Position numbers and translations under genes: made by a program. The notes under the pieces were generated by a model, which made no database searches, was not told the origin of the DNA, and was given only the letters and a program-made list of their open reading frames with translations. From assembly GCF_001194135.2 (NCBI RefSeq), contig NC_068986.1, forward strand, positions 90,562,953-90,626,952: a stretch of DNA of 64,000 nucleotides, written 5' to 3'. Every line of letters begins with the position of its first letter. Within the stretch, counting starts at the first letter, position 1. Shown here piece by piece: positions 25,631-38,140 of the stretch. Origin of the DNA: Octopus bimaculoides (Eukaryota).

Positions 25631-26559
25631 ATATATATACATACATATACATATATATATATATATATACATATAATTCCTCAACATTAATTCCTCAACA
25701 TTTTGATAGTAATAAAATGACCTGATACTACTATGACCAGTGAAACCTCTAGATTCTAATACTTTTATAGCCTTGTCCATGCATACTGCTTACACCTTCC
25801 CTCTCTTTAGAAGTAATTGTCCCTCTGCTATCACCACTAGATAAGAAACAATAGAATTCTGAGACAGTTAAAACTTTTGTCTAGAATCAATTACTAGCCT
25901 GATAGACTCCGCTATGTCAAGATGGACTTATATATTCTTCCTCACATTTGGATTTTATGTATGCTCTCTCCCACTTGGATTTAATATGTTGCCACATTTA
26001 TAATATGTCTTTTTTTCTGCATTTTCGTGCAGCTGAAGATTGCTCTTCATATTGCATTTAAGGTAATGCTCACATTACTTAAATAAATTGAAGTAGCATG
26101 AAACGTGCGTACTGCAATCACTTTTGAAATCCGTGTTGCTTATTATTTGATTTTAATCACCCATCCTTTTGGGATGCGATATTCGGGTGCCTTCGCATAA
26201 GTACCATATTCAAGCCTTGAATCTATATACATATATATATATAGTTTAAGGATAAATACATGCTTATATTGAATTTTCTACGCACGTTTCCCCATTAAAA
26301 TAGTTTGGAGTGCTGCGATATACGTACACATATATGTACATATAAATGTCCATCCATAATGAGGGCGCTATTCAGCACCAGCATTGCTAGTAATAAGAGT
26401 CAAAGCAATTAAAAATGTAGAATGTTCAAGTACCTAATTAAGAAGTAACCCCCCCCCCNNNNNNNNNNNNAAAGCATACAAGATCGCGATGTAATGAATG
26501 TGATTTAGTTATGTTATTCCAGATGCGATTTAACATGAAATGAAAATAAAAAGTCGATA

Positions 26560-27200
26560 TAGCTCACAGAATGGATCCTTAGAACTTTTCTGTCAAGGGA
26601 TCCCGATACCACCGCTACTCCCTTCTCCACGTTTGCCAAGTCTCACCTTAAATATTGCTGTCCACCATAATCTCCGTACACAAAATTAAACGTTGAGAAT
26701 CGAAGTACTCCAGAGATCAATGCTAATAAATAAATGAATAAATATCATGATAGGTTCTCGTTATTGGAATCACCTGAGAAAGCTCTATTTTCTCCAACAC
26801 CAACATGAAAGCCACATGAATGGGGAAAATATTTCATTAACGCTGTCCAAACGATACTGGCATGTAGCTCAGAAGTCATCCAAAGCTAGGCTCCCGTGCC
26901 ATATGCTCTACAAAAATCTAGATCATATCACTTAACATTTCAACAACTTTTTTTTTAAATCTCAACTGGTTCCGCATTTTTCAACTGTGTCTCGAAATAG
27001 ATAAAACACTCAATAACATTCAAGTAATATCTGAATAAATTCCTCCAAAATAATACCAGGAAAATCACAGACAGCCAGTTGCATTTCGAGATGGCTATGG
27101 CGTCCCAAAACATGACTTAGAAGATTCCTTCAGATGGCACTATTAATGTTAGACACGGCCTGGGCCAAGACTCAAGTCATAATCACCAATATAGCTAAAA
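26560..27200 (+). mobile_element. Degenerate CR1-clade LINE 3' fragment
   Basis: FSTFAKSHLKYCCP*SPY and YWNHLRKL.. resemble the CR1 C-terminus at 61200-61600. Confidence 0.55.
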
Positions 27201-27789
27201 ATCTAGAATGTTCAAGTACCTAATTAAGAAGTAAAAATGCGAGATAATACCTTTGGTAATTCTCTTAAACATCTATAGTTTTATATCTATATGCGATATA
27301 TATCTAGTGCATGTGACATCCATGGATTATTCTCTAAAATTCCAGCCTTGAGAAGAGAAAGGAAGAGAGAAAGAGAGGGAAAGTGGGAAAGAGAGAAACG
27401 AAAAATTATCATACCACAAGAAAAAAATGTCAAGATGAGCCAGGTATCTATTTAGTATTGTAATTCTCTTAAGTTACTAGATACCTACGTGAACTTAAAT
27501 TTTACAACATATTTTAAACAAATTTTACAAAAATATTCAAGTTTCTTACCTTCTAATCTTGAAGATGATATCTACGTTTAGAAATACAGAATGATATAAG
27601 TAATTTTCAAATATCCTTGGAATGGTGGTGTTGAAGACACCAGCTGTTATCATACAGATTTTATTGAAAGTCATTGTTGTAACTTAACGTGTGCTGTTGA
27701 TTTATCATGTGAACCATGACATGTTATTGGGAAATATTACAAAATGTTTAGAAATGCGTTTCTTTTCTCATTTTCTTTATTGATCTGGT

Positions 27790-28870
27790 CTAGAATAAGG
27801 GGGACTTTCATAGATCTCTCGAAACCGATGAAATCGAGGTGATTAATATTCCTCTTAATGGCAACAGAAAAAGAATAGGCAAGAAGGTACCAGACGGCCT
27901 TATTTTCTGAGGAGGAAGAACAATGTTTTAGCGGTTAGTGAGTAGCCTTTGAAAATAAATATGGTCGACAAAAGGAAGAGAGATAAGAGAGTGAGTTTGG
28001 AGTGGCAGAGTGGAGGTGGCACGAGGCAATTCCTACATGGGACAGGGACCCCAGAGTTAGTTTTTTACTCACTAGACTCCTCAATCTCTCTCTATTTCTA
28101 CTACTCTCTACAGGAATCTAGTTTGATCTTTGGAAACAGAGTATTCCATTCCCCCAAAAAGAAGCCACTCTAAATCTGTCAATCTTCCTCCTATTACACT
28201 CATTTCGAATATCTATTAGGTAATGGAGCCATTAACAACAACGTCTTCAAACGCTTTGGATCTAGTACTCTTTCGTTCTCTCCTCACTCACTCCTTAACG
28301 ATCATCATGGTTTTTATAAAGCCAGATTCACAAGTGATCTGTTCTTCTGTGTCAAACTCCTGTGGGTTCTTACATTAAAGCAATATTGTTACCCTTGACA
28401 CCAACAAAATTTTCAATGCATCTGGCATTTAGTCCAATTGCTTGTTAGTATGATAAGTAGATTGATAGACTAGAAGAAGAATTGTCATAGAAATAAAATC
28501 CATTCTATTATAGGGGAAAGACCCAAAGAATTTATGGTAATTTTCGAACCTTCGTATGACAGAATGCCGAAGTCCATTTTGAAGTTAATTGTAATAACTG
28601 CATAGCTAAGACAGTATTAAGTCTAACTATAAATAAGGAAACCAAAAAATCAAAGTTCTAGTCTAAACCTAATGGGAAAGAAATAAATTCGTTAAAGTGG
28701 CTAGATAAGAGTTTGGAGGATGAAATTGAGTATAATCTACTCAGTAATCAAGATAAGGCAGCGACTATATTCATAAGTGAATAAGAGGGGGGAAGGGAGA
28801 AGGTATTATAGGGTGATTGGTAAATATAGAGCAATAAGTATCGAAGATCTGGCCTTAAAGTGTAAGACGA
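27790..28870. mobile_element. Degenerate Jockey-like LINE fragments in mixed orientation
   Basis: Plus 28110-28450 resembles the RT N-terminal half (PIPKK..., HGF.KA, VTLDT.K.F); minus 28560-28870 and 27790-27960 resemble the C-terminal region. Heavily decayed. Confidence 0.45.
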
Positions 28871-28914
28871 AGAGAGTATATATATATATATATTTGTATA
28901 TATATGGGAGAATG

Positions 28915-29045
28915 TACGAAAAAACAACAGACGAGGACAGGTGGTGTAAATAACAAAAGGATGTATTAGTATGACGCTCAGGAATACGGAAAGTCTTTGA
29001 TGTTTCGAGCTACGCTCTTCAACAGAAAGAATACGGAGACAAGAA
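28915..29045 (-). mobile_element. Penelope-type terminal repeat with degenerate hammerhead (28994-29030)
   Basis: TCTTT-CTGTTGA-A-GAGC-GTA-GCTC-GAAA-CAT-C-AAAGA; a related truncated copy lies at 56790-56900. Confidence 0.55.
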
Positions 29046-29389
29046 TACTTGTCCCATTGACGTTGGTGTGCTTACGTTGCCGTAACTTAGTGGTCCAGCA
29101 AAAGAGACAATATTAAGTACTAGGGGCGATTCTTTCGACTAAATTTCCCTTCAAACAAACAGATTACGATTCATTGTAGGCATCATTTAAAACATTACTT
29201 CTGTAGATTTTGGTTAGTCTATAATAAGCACTTGATCTCTATTTAAAAATCTCAATATAATTGGATTCTTCATCAGTTAAGCTTTTACCGTGTAAAATGA
29301 CTACAAAATGAGTTTTTGTTTATTATCTACTGATTATAGTTGTTGAGTTTTTCATAACACTAAGTTTAAATTGACGCTTCTTTTCTTTT

Positions 29390-29530
29390 ATCTTTTACTT
29401 GTCTCAGCCATTATGCTGCGGCCATGCTGGGACAACACTTTGAAGGGAAATTTAGTCGAAAGAATCGACCCTAGTACTTAATATTGTCCATTTTGCCGGA
29501 CCACTAAGTTACGGCAACGTAAACACACCA
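29390..29530 (-). mobile_element. SINE family B tail
   Basis: cttttacttgtctcagccatt...gcggccatgctgg...aatcgaccc. Confidence 0.8.
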
Positions 29531-29554
29531 ACGTAAAAATAGAAGTTGAAAATG

Positions 29555-29640
29555 CAGAATTGTTAGCACGCCGGATGAAATGCTTAGCGGTATTTTGTCT
29601 GCCGCTACGTTCTCAGTTCAAATTCCGCCGAGATTGACTT
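29555..29640 (+). mobile_element. SINE family A head, truncated by a family B copy
   Basis: gcagaattgttagcacgccggatgaaatgcttagcgg...ttcaaattccgccgag. Confidence 0.88.
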
Positions 29641-30041
29641 AAGCGCAGGAGTGGTTGTGTGGTAAGTAGCTTGCTTACCAACCACATGGTTCTGGGTTCA
29701 TTCCCACTGCGTGGCACCTTGGGCAAGTGTCTTCTACTACAGTCTCGGGCCAACCAAAGCCTTGTGAGTGGATTTGGTAGACGGAAAACTTAAATAAGCC
29801 CATCGTATATATGTATATATATATATGTGTGTGTGTATATGTTTGTGTGTCTTTGTTTGTTCCCCCAACATCGCTTGACAACCGATGCTGGTGTGTTTAC
29901 GTCCCCGTAACTTAGTAGTTCGGTAAAAGAGACCGATAGAATAAGTACTAGGCTTCCAAAGAATAAGTCCTGGAGTCGATTTGCTCGACTAAAGGCGGTG
30001 CTCCAGCATGGCCACAGTCAAATGACTGAAACAAGTAAAAG
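29641..30041 (+). mobile_element. SINE family B, full length
   Basis: tRNA-like head with B box gggttcatt, core ccttgggcaag, internal (TA/TG)n, tail ...gactgaaacaagtaaaaga. Confidence 0.95.
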
Positions 30042-30547
30042 ATTTAACCGGTTTCACAGTTTACACTGATTTTCAAAAAGTTCAAATAGAAAGACGTGGC
30101 TTATGTCGCAGTTGTCTTTGCTTCTGACTAGTCTTTGAAGCTTGCAAAATATACTGTCACATGATACTAACGCACGGGAAATGTACAAAAGGTTCTAATC
30201 TTAATCATGCGTTAATTCTTTATAAACACTTGACAGAAGACTTTCAGAACATTGATTATTTGGACATGTTCAGTCAACCGTGTCAGCCTTAACTTACGAT
30301 TACAAACATTGTCGCTTGTAATCACGGACGTAGCGAGGAACCTACAAAAATTCCTAAAACCAGTCAGGTGACTATTCTCTACCAATCAAATCCCATTCAA
30401 AACATACTAATTTGAGCCATGAACTTCCTATAAAAATAGAGCAAGCTTCATACACTAGTCAGAAGTAAGACAACTGCGACATAAACCACGTCTTTCTATT
30501 TCAACTTTTTGAAAATCAGTGTAAACTATGAAACCGGTTAAATCTTT
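30038..30547. mobile_element. Foldback/MITE with ~105-bp TIRs
   Basis: 30038-30145 is the reverse complement of 30440-30547 (aaagatttaaccggtttc... / ...gaaaccggttaaatcttt). Confidence 0.75.
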
Positions 30548-30646
30548 AAATATGATAATAAAAAATATATTTTAACTATTTTCAGTGCATTTTCAACTTC
30601 AAGTTTTCCTATATTTCTACCCGTGTGGAATAAAATAGCTTTGTTT

Positions 30647-30687
<41 letters not shown>

Positions 30688-30780
30688 TAAATAATACACA
30701 NNNNNNNNNNNNNNNNNNNNNNNNNNNNNNNNNNNNNNNNNNNNNNNNNNNNNNNNNNNNNNNNNNNNNNNNNNNNNNNN

Positions 30781-30821
<41 letters not shown>

Positions 30822-30995
30822 GACATCTTCTTTCTGTTTCCGTCTACCAAATCCACTCACAAGGCTTGGCTCATCCCGGGGGTGGTGGTGGATATAGTGA
30901 AAGACACTCACTAATGATGCCCGCAGTGGGATCGAATCTAGAACTATATTGGTGAGAAGCAAACTTCTTAACACACATCCACGCCTCCGCCTGCT
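30781..30995 (-). mobile_element. SINE family B, 5' part
   Basis: ttccgtctaccaaatccactcacaagg...gcagtgggatcgaa. Confidence 0.8.
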
Positions 30996-32149
30996 TAATT
31001 ATGAGACTTATTTTAAGTTTAAAATATCAATATTTGTGAAAATATAGTTGTTTCCTGGTTATGAATATTTAAAGAGCATAACATTGCCGAACTTGTTACC
31101 TAATGTGTTTTTAACATATTTAGATTAGTGCTATAAATTGTTACTTTCTGTCGACGCTCTGTCATACATTTTGGCTGAACTATCGAAGCGTGAATCGATA
31201 GTTAATGACAACACTCATTTTTTTGCTATTATCAATATTTGTTGCTGGCATTGGGCCAAAATTTGAAACCAATATTATCAATATTTGTGAAAATGTATTT
31301 GTCTCCCTCTTCATGAATATTTGAGGTACATAATGTTACCATACTTGTTACCTAATGAGATTTTTATTTTAATTTTAAATATCAATATTTGTGAAAACAT
31401 ATCTGTTACCTCTCTTTATGATTTTTTAGATATACACTGTGTAACCTATCTTATTACTAAGTGTGTTCACAAGACATCTACTTCAGGTCAATGCACTATG
31501 GTATATTTTAGCTAAAAGCTGAATCCAACTATTACAAATGTACATTATGATGGCAATCTACTATTAGAAGTGAAACCGGTATGGAGTATTGTACTTTGGA
31601 AAAATGTGAATAATTACAACACAAAAGGAATCGGGAATCTTTTTTATTATTATTTTGTCTATATCTTGTGATTTGTGCGAAATGTTTTAAACCTTTTCCT
31701 ATACACACACATTAACTTTGCAGATAACAATTTGAAAAGAATGTTCACATTCTTTTTTTGTTGTTTTCGTCTTCATCTATGTCCATTATAGTCACTTAGT
31801 GTTTATGCAATAAATGATTACCAAAAACTAGTTGTTTGACAAATAACAAACTTATAATTCTTCACTTAAAAGTTAATATTTATCTTAACAAATCATGAGA
31901 AACACAGGTAAAGACAGATTTACGATTGCAATATACTACCTGTGTCAGTTGTTTATTGCACTTTATAACGGTGACTTTTTACAATATATAAACATCTGTT
32001 GTCTTTGGAATTTTTATAGTAACTGAAGGGTTAACACTAAGTTGAATGTATAATAAACCAAGTCTTAGGATCTGGGATGGGGTTCGGGAATAGAAGTACA
32101 GAATCATAATGTACGAAATCTGAAAATATAATCAATAACAATAATTTGC

Positions 32150-32590
32150 TCTTGTTCTGGAACACTGGAAATGACATTAATTTTGTGAGAGCAGACAGTA
32201 ACCTGTTGTCAAATGTTTCACAGGGTTTCTCAAGGTCTAGATGTTAAGTACTTAACACCCAAGTAACAATCTCAAAATCCTCGCTCTCCCCAATACAGTA
32301 GTTTTTGCTTTGAGTCCTGAGTTTCTCAGCTATTGTTGGGATTTTGCTTTGTCTATTTCTTTTCTTTTTAGCTTAAGCCAATATTTGCCATGTAGGAGCT
32401 TTTCTTGCCATCGTTTTATTATGATACGTTGCTGTTCCAGTTTTAGTTTGGATTTCAGTTGTTTTACAGCTTTTGTTGTTTCTTCTTTTTCTTCATAGTT
32501 GTTAGGTACTATGACTTCTTTTCTGTATTGGTCAGCTTCCTTAAAAACAGAAAGCAGTTTTTTGTTTTGTTCGTGTTTTGTGGCTATTGG
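32150..32590 (-). mobile_element. R4/Dong-type non-LTR element, deleted 3' fragment
   Basis: KRWQEKLLHGKYW...LRNSGLKAK joined directly to TVLGRARILR. Confidence 0.7.
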
Positions 32591-32596
32591 TATCAG

Positions 32597-32624
32597 TTAT
32601 TATTATTATTATTATCATTATCAA

Positions 32625-32664
<40 letters not shown>

Positions 32665-32735
32665 GTCATCATCATTGTTGTTATTATTATTGTTGTTGTT
32701 GTTGTTGTTGTTGCCGCTGCTGCTGTTGTTATTAT
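32597..32735. repeat. Compound (TAT)/(CAT)/(TGT) trinucleotide microsatellite
   Basis: Direct reading. Confidence 0.95.
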
Positions 32736-33036
32736 TTTATCTTTAATACAGGTTTTCTTGGAGCTCCTGGAGCCTTGCATGCATAGTGGGCTTGCTGCCT
32801 GCAGCCTACGGTACCATGCTATCTGTTCTTTTCAGCTATCAAATACTTTCCTGATTATCCTGGCTGTGCCAAGGAGGGAAACCTGTTATAACAGTTCTAC
32901 TGGGCACTCTATTCCAATTTCCTGTATATTCCTCTTGATGCCTTCTGATACTGTTCGCAAGGACCCAACAATAATTGGCACTATCTTCACATTCTTCATT
33001 TTCCATAACCGGGCTATTTCGTACTTAAGAAGGTTG

Positions 33037-33071
<35 letters not shown>

Positions 33072-33790
33072 TCACCTTCCTTCTGGATTATTCGTGGGTC
33101 AAAGGGGCATGCAACATCAACTATATAGCATATGTGGTGCACCTTGGCCACCACTACTAGGTCCGGTCTGTTATGCTCTAGCACCTGATCTGTTTGGACT
33201 GGGAAATCCCAGAGGATTTTGCTAGTCTCCGACTCTGCCATTCCCTGTGGTTTGTGTTCATACCACGTCTTGCCTCTCTCTAGCCCCCACTTTTCGCACA
33301 GTTTCCAATGTAACATTTTCGCTACCTGGACGTGTCGCCACAACTTGTATTGGTTTTGGGAAAGTCTAGGGCATTTGTTCGTGATATGGGCAATGGTTTC
33401 ATCCACTCTGTTACAGATGCGGCACAGCGGAGACACTTGCTCATTCCTCAGGTTGACCCACCACTTCGTGGCCAGAGCTTGGTCCTGCGCTGCCAGTATA
33501 GTGCTCTCGGTCTCTTTTTTTAGGGTTCCTTTCACCAGCCAACCCTACCTATTTTTTCCAGCAACTTCTGTTGGCTGTGCCTACATGGAATTGATTGCGT
33601 AGTGCCTTCTGGCGAAATTTTTCTTCATGCCCTCTTTGTACTTCTTCCTTTGTTTTCCCTTTTTTCTCTGCTTTCAATACTCCCTCGTTCCTAACTATCA
33701 CTAGCAAGGTTTCCTTACTTTGGGCTAGGTATCTCATTAAGCTCTCGAGTTCGATTTGACCTTTCCTCCTTTCTGGGTCAATAAAATAAG
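32736..33790 (-). mobile_element. R4/Dong-type non-LTR retrotransposon 3' half (CCHC + restriction-like endonuclease)
   Basis: ETESTILAAQDQ, CRIC...ETIAHITNKC, ILWDFPVQTD...HNRPDLVVV...IVDVACPFD...EKIDR. Confidence 0.92.
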
Positions 33791-33890
33791 TATCAGTTAT
33801 GCACTGGGGTCGATATAATCGACTAGTCCCCTCCCCCAAAAATTTCAGGCCTTGTGCCTATAGTAGAAAGGATTATTATTATTATTATTA
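33771..33890 (+). mobile_element. SINE family A 3' part with (ATT)n tail
   Basis: ataagtatcagtt...gtcgatataatcgactagtcccc...ggccttgtgcc. Confidence 0.85.
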
Positions 33891-34131
33891 TTGGATCTTT
33901 TTTAAAACGGGGGCCACATTTTTCATTAACGAAACACTTTGAAACTTGGAACACTGGTAGAATGTGTCATATAAAACATCTTTTTCTCTTAGTCTTCTTA
34001 AAAAAAAAAGAAATCCATAAATTATTCCATGTTAAAGTTGTCGTATTTCTGTAATTTCAACCAATCATTGACGTCCATTCAGCCGATATACATTAAGTGC
34101 CGACTACATAAACAAACGATTCTGAAACAAT

Positions 34132-34172
34132 TAACCCTAACCCTAACCCTAACTCTAACCCTAACCCTAACC
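34132..34172 (+). repeat. Interstitial (TAACCC)n telomere-like repeat, ~7 units
   Basis: taaccc x3, taactc, taaccc x2, taacc. Confidence 0.95.
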
Positions 34173-34229
34173 ATCACAAAAGCCAACAACAGCGGAAGCA
34201 ACAGCAGCAAAGAGAACAGAGAACTCACC

Positions 34230-37200
34230 AACATTCATCGCTTCCACATACCAGACAGCAGCAAAAACAAGAACTTTATTATGAACAGAACAATAGCAAA
34301 AAACCCCTCCTCAAGACATGCCCCTTCTTTGTTCGGATCAGTCGGACATGTCCTGCAGTGAGGGGAACGGCGAAAAGCCTAAATTGCTAAAAGTCGGCAG
34401 ATCTAACAAGGGAAAAAAGAATTAAAAACATACCGATATCAATACAAAAATCTAGCAGGTATGATCAAATACCACTCCAACAGCAGCCTTACAAGCACCG
34501 TTGACAACATGATCCCCATCACAACCATCACCACCACTCCTTTCACAGTCGCCATCATCACAATCACAATTCAGTTCACACATACAACTCTCAGATCGTA
34601 CATCCCAACACCAATAAAATTCAAACATCATTAACTACACAGCAATAAACACGAACAATAAAGAACTGATGGAACACATATATAACCATACAGACATCAC
34701 ACACACCGATTTTATCACACCAGCAAACAACATACCAACACACAAAATTCGTCCAAACATCACAAAACGCATACAATGTAATACAACTAAATATTCCGAA
34801 GGAGTAAGGGCTTTCAGGAGAAATATCAAAAGACTGTACAAAGAACTGATCGTGGAAGCAAACGATTGGGAGGGGACATCCTTCTCAAAGTCACCAATAA
34901 AATTACTGTAAGTGACATTTTTCTCATCTATTCTTTAATCTGATATACCCCTGCTTAAGATTGGCAGTATAAAAGTATGTGGTCTAGGATCATCTTGGAA
35001 AGAAGGTCATCTATTCAACGACCTCAGGTCACCAAGTGTAGATGTTGTAGTTATCAGTGAAACTAGACTTTCCGACCGACAAGCGTTCATGTCCATTTTC
35101 GGTGGGTATGAGATCTATTTATCTCCATATCAACCAGAACGGGGTGGGGGTGGAGCTGGAGTGTTGTTCCTGAGAGATCTGGGTCTCAAGAATGTAAGAT
35201 GGCGGTCCTGGATGTGCACAGCAATGACGAGGGTGCCCCAGACTGGTGGCTGTTTATGCTCCAACAGGAGCAGGATAACCAGATAACAGTGGTGTGGTGG
35301 ATCAGGTTGAAAGGGCTGAAGACAGACACTTTTTTCTTTGGCCAAACCATCATAAATTTTTTCAAGTTTCACCTGGAAAGGAAAATGAGGGTAGAGAGGA
35401 GAATGCTACCTCAAAGCAATTCTTTCAAAAGGTGGGTGAATGTAACGCGCAGTATGCGCCTCTAGATCGAGAGATGATGAAGAGGACAGGATACTTGCCT
35501 TAAAGGTCAGGGTGATCGTGGTTTCTGTGGGGTTTTCACGAACAACTTCTCGACTTTTATAGTGTTAGTGAGCGACTGGAACGCCGTCTAAGAGCAACGT
35601 TTGAACTGTGTGGGGCTAGTGAATAGAAGACGGGGTGGGAAAGCCTCGCAAATCTTCCCAACTGTTTGGACGGGTATCGACTAGATTTCCCGAATGTGTC
35701 AAAGTGGACCGCACCGGATCATCCAGGTCGTATCTAAACAGAGCATTTTATAGGCCAGTAGATAAGGATAGTATAAGGTTGTCAACTTTTCAAAAACGCC
35801 CACCACATAGGCTTAGATAGGCTTAGAAGGCAAGAACCCTGTTACCGGAAGCTGAACGCGTAATTACCCGGGTACCAAGGTTACAGAGACCAGATTAAAT
35901 AATTAGTGAAGCGGGCGTTGAAGTGGGCAACCCTCAATAACAAATGGTAGTTTGCCCTGAAAAGAACAATTAGAGTGGAATCAGTTAGGTTTAGTAATGC
36001 ATTAGTGATAGGAAGAAATAAAAACAGAAGGGAACTTAATTAGAGGCGCTTAGGAAAGGCGTTGCAACAGACGTGCTGGCCGCGAGATTGACCCTGGACC
36101 AATTCTTCAACGCTAAACACGAAGGTTGCATAGTCAGAGCTAAGATGCGTGTTCTAAGACAAGAAGGAAAGAAAGCCAGAGTGGTAGAGGCGCAACGTGT
36201 CAACAAAACTACAATTCGGTCTTTGGTGGACCAAAATAGATCACATTATTCCAGCCCGAGCAGATGAGTGCGGCATTTCAGCAGCGCTTCGCCCAATGAA
36301 GTCTAAGATGGACTTCATTGCCTACCACAACTTTTGGTGGGGGTAGGGGTCGGAGTGATGCGAAATGCCGATAACAGACGCAGAAATATGGGATGCGATG
36401 ATGGGTTGCACAGGGAGAAAAATCGCCTGGTTTGGATGATCTGTCCTATGAGATTTATTTTTATAAGACAGATTTGCTTGATGGCCTTTTAGCAGATATC
36501 TTCCACAACTGGCAGTAGAACGAGATAATTCCTAATTCTGTGAGTCAAAGAGTGGTGGCGCTGCCAAAAAAGGACCCAATTAAAGGGCATCAAATAGAAA
36601 ATGTTAAGCTCATAACGCTGCTGAACGCAGATTTCAAATTTGGCCGAGATGTTTGCAAAGAAGTTGGCGCTTGTCGTCGAGGAACTGATTTATGATATTC
36701 AAACATGCTCAGTCCCAAGTAAATCTATCTACGATAACCTCTACCTCATGCGAGAAATCATAGACAGGGTGGGTAAAGAAGCTAGCATGGGTTGGATCAG
36801 CCCAAAGCCTTCGATACAGTCGACCACCAATACTTGGCGGCTGTTTCCACGGCGGCCGGTTTCGGCCCCGTTTTCCGTGACTGGATTGCCGCAGTGTACA
36901 GCAACATCTGCTCGGTAGTTTGGGTAAATGGTTACTTGTTGGAACCATCCAGCACCATGCATTCAGAGCATCAAGAGTGTCTGCTTTCGTCTCTTCTGTG
37001 TGTCCTGGCTCTAGAACCACTATTGCAGAAACTGGGGGCGTTGAGAGGTATTCCATGCGAACTAGGATGTTGGAGAATAGTGTCGGCATACACAGACGAC
37101 GAGGTCACTGTCATAGTGTCGAACATCAAGTACATAGACCTGGTCGGCACTGCTCCGAAAAATACGAGGCAGTGACAGGAGCAAAAGTTAACCAAAAAAT

Positions 37201-37620
37201 GTTAGTGGGCAAAGCGACGAAACTGTTTTGTACGCCCCATCCAGTGCCTGAGTATTGTTGACTTGTGGGTTTATGTCGAACACTGTCGCGTGTAGGACGG
37301 ATTCGGTTATCGGTCGAGTCTATCGTGAAGATCGCCCCGCTTTCCTTTGGCCGGGAAAGGTTGAAAGGGCTGAAGACAGACACTTTTCTCTTTGGCCAAG
37401 CCATCATAAAGTTTTTCAAGTTTCACCTGGAAAGGAAAATGAGGGTAGAGAGGAGAATGCTACCTCAAAGCAATTCTTTTAAAAGGTGGGTGAATGTAAC
37501 GCGCAGTATGCGCCTCTAGATAGAGAGAAGATGAAGAGGACAGGGTGATCGTGGTTTTTGTGGGGTTTCCACGAACAACCCTTGGAAATTTCCTACTTAA
37601 TGGGATTTTAATTGTTTTCA
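34230..37620 (+). mobile_element. Tx1/L1-clade LINE remnant(s)
   Basis: APE start (DVVVISETRL, GGAGVLF) ~34920-35290; RT (PGLD, KLITLLNADFK, DQPKAFDTVDH, LALEPLL, SAYTDD) ~36330-37200; C-terminus present twice. Confidence 0.88.
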
Positions 37621-38140
37621 TTGTTATTCTTTGTTTACGTTTCAATTCCACTCTGTTTATATTGTATTGTCCTGTACTGTCTTCAATGTTTTAATATGAA
37701 GCCTCAGTAGCTAATAAAGAGCAAATTGTTATTTTTGTTCGTAAAGTTGAATAATGTCTTGTATAGTGTCTTTGCACTTGGCTAGAGTAAAGGTGTTACA
37801 TATTTGGGCTTTGTTAAATTTTAATCGTAACAAAACTTTTAATTCCTCCAATTTCTCACGGATTTGGAATATCATGGACTGTATCAACCAACTGTAGCGT
37901 CTAAAGCCATTGAATATTGCACACATAGAAGCATATGATGCATTTTAGTTGTTACACTTCGTATTATTTCATAATATATTAGCTAATATTTAAACTTTGT
38001 ACGCAGATTAACATCAAGTTATTGTGTATCTCGAAACAGGTTGTGCTATAAGAATTAATGTAAGAATTTCCATTGTTGGATTTTATTTAAACAAATACTC
38101 ACTTTAAAAGTAAAAAATAGCTTTAGAATGAGTTGATATA

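Noticed and set aside
32459-33225. Poly-His/Ile/Val/Ser ORFs
   Set aside because: Translations of a trinucleotide microsatellite and the antisense strand of an R4 element.
37729-37926. 65-aa minus-strand ORF
   Set aside because: Protein-like, but no recognisable family and no convincing splice acceptor.
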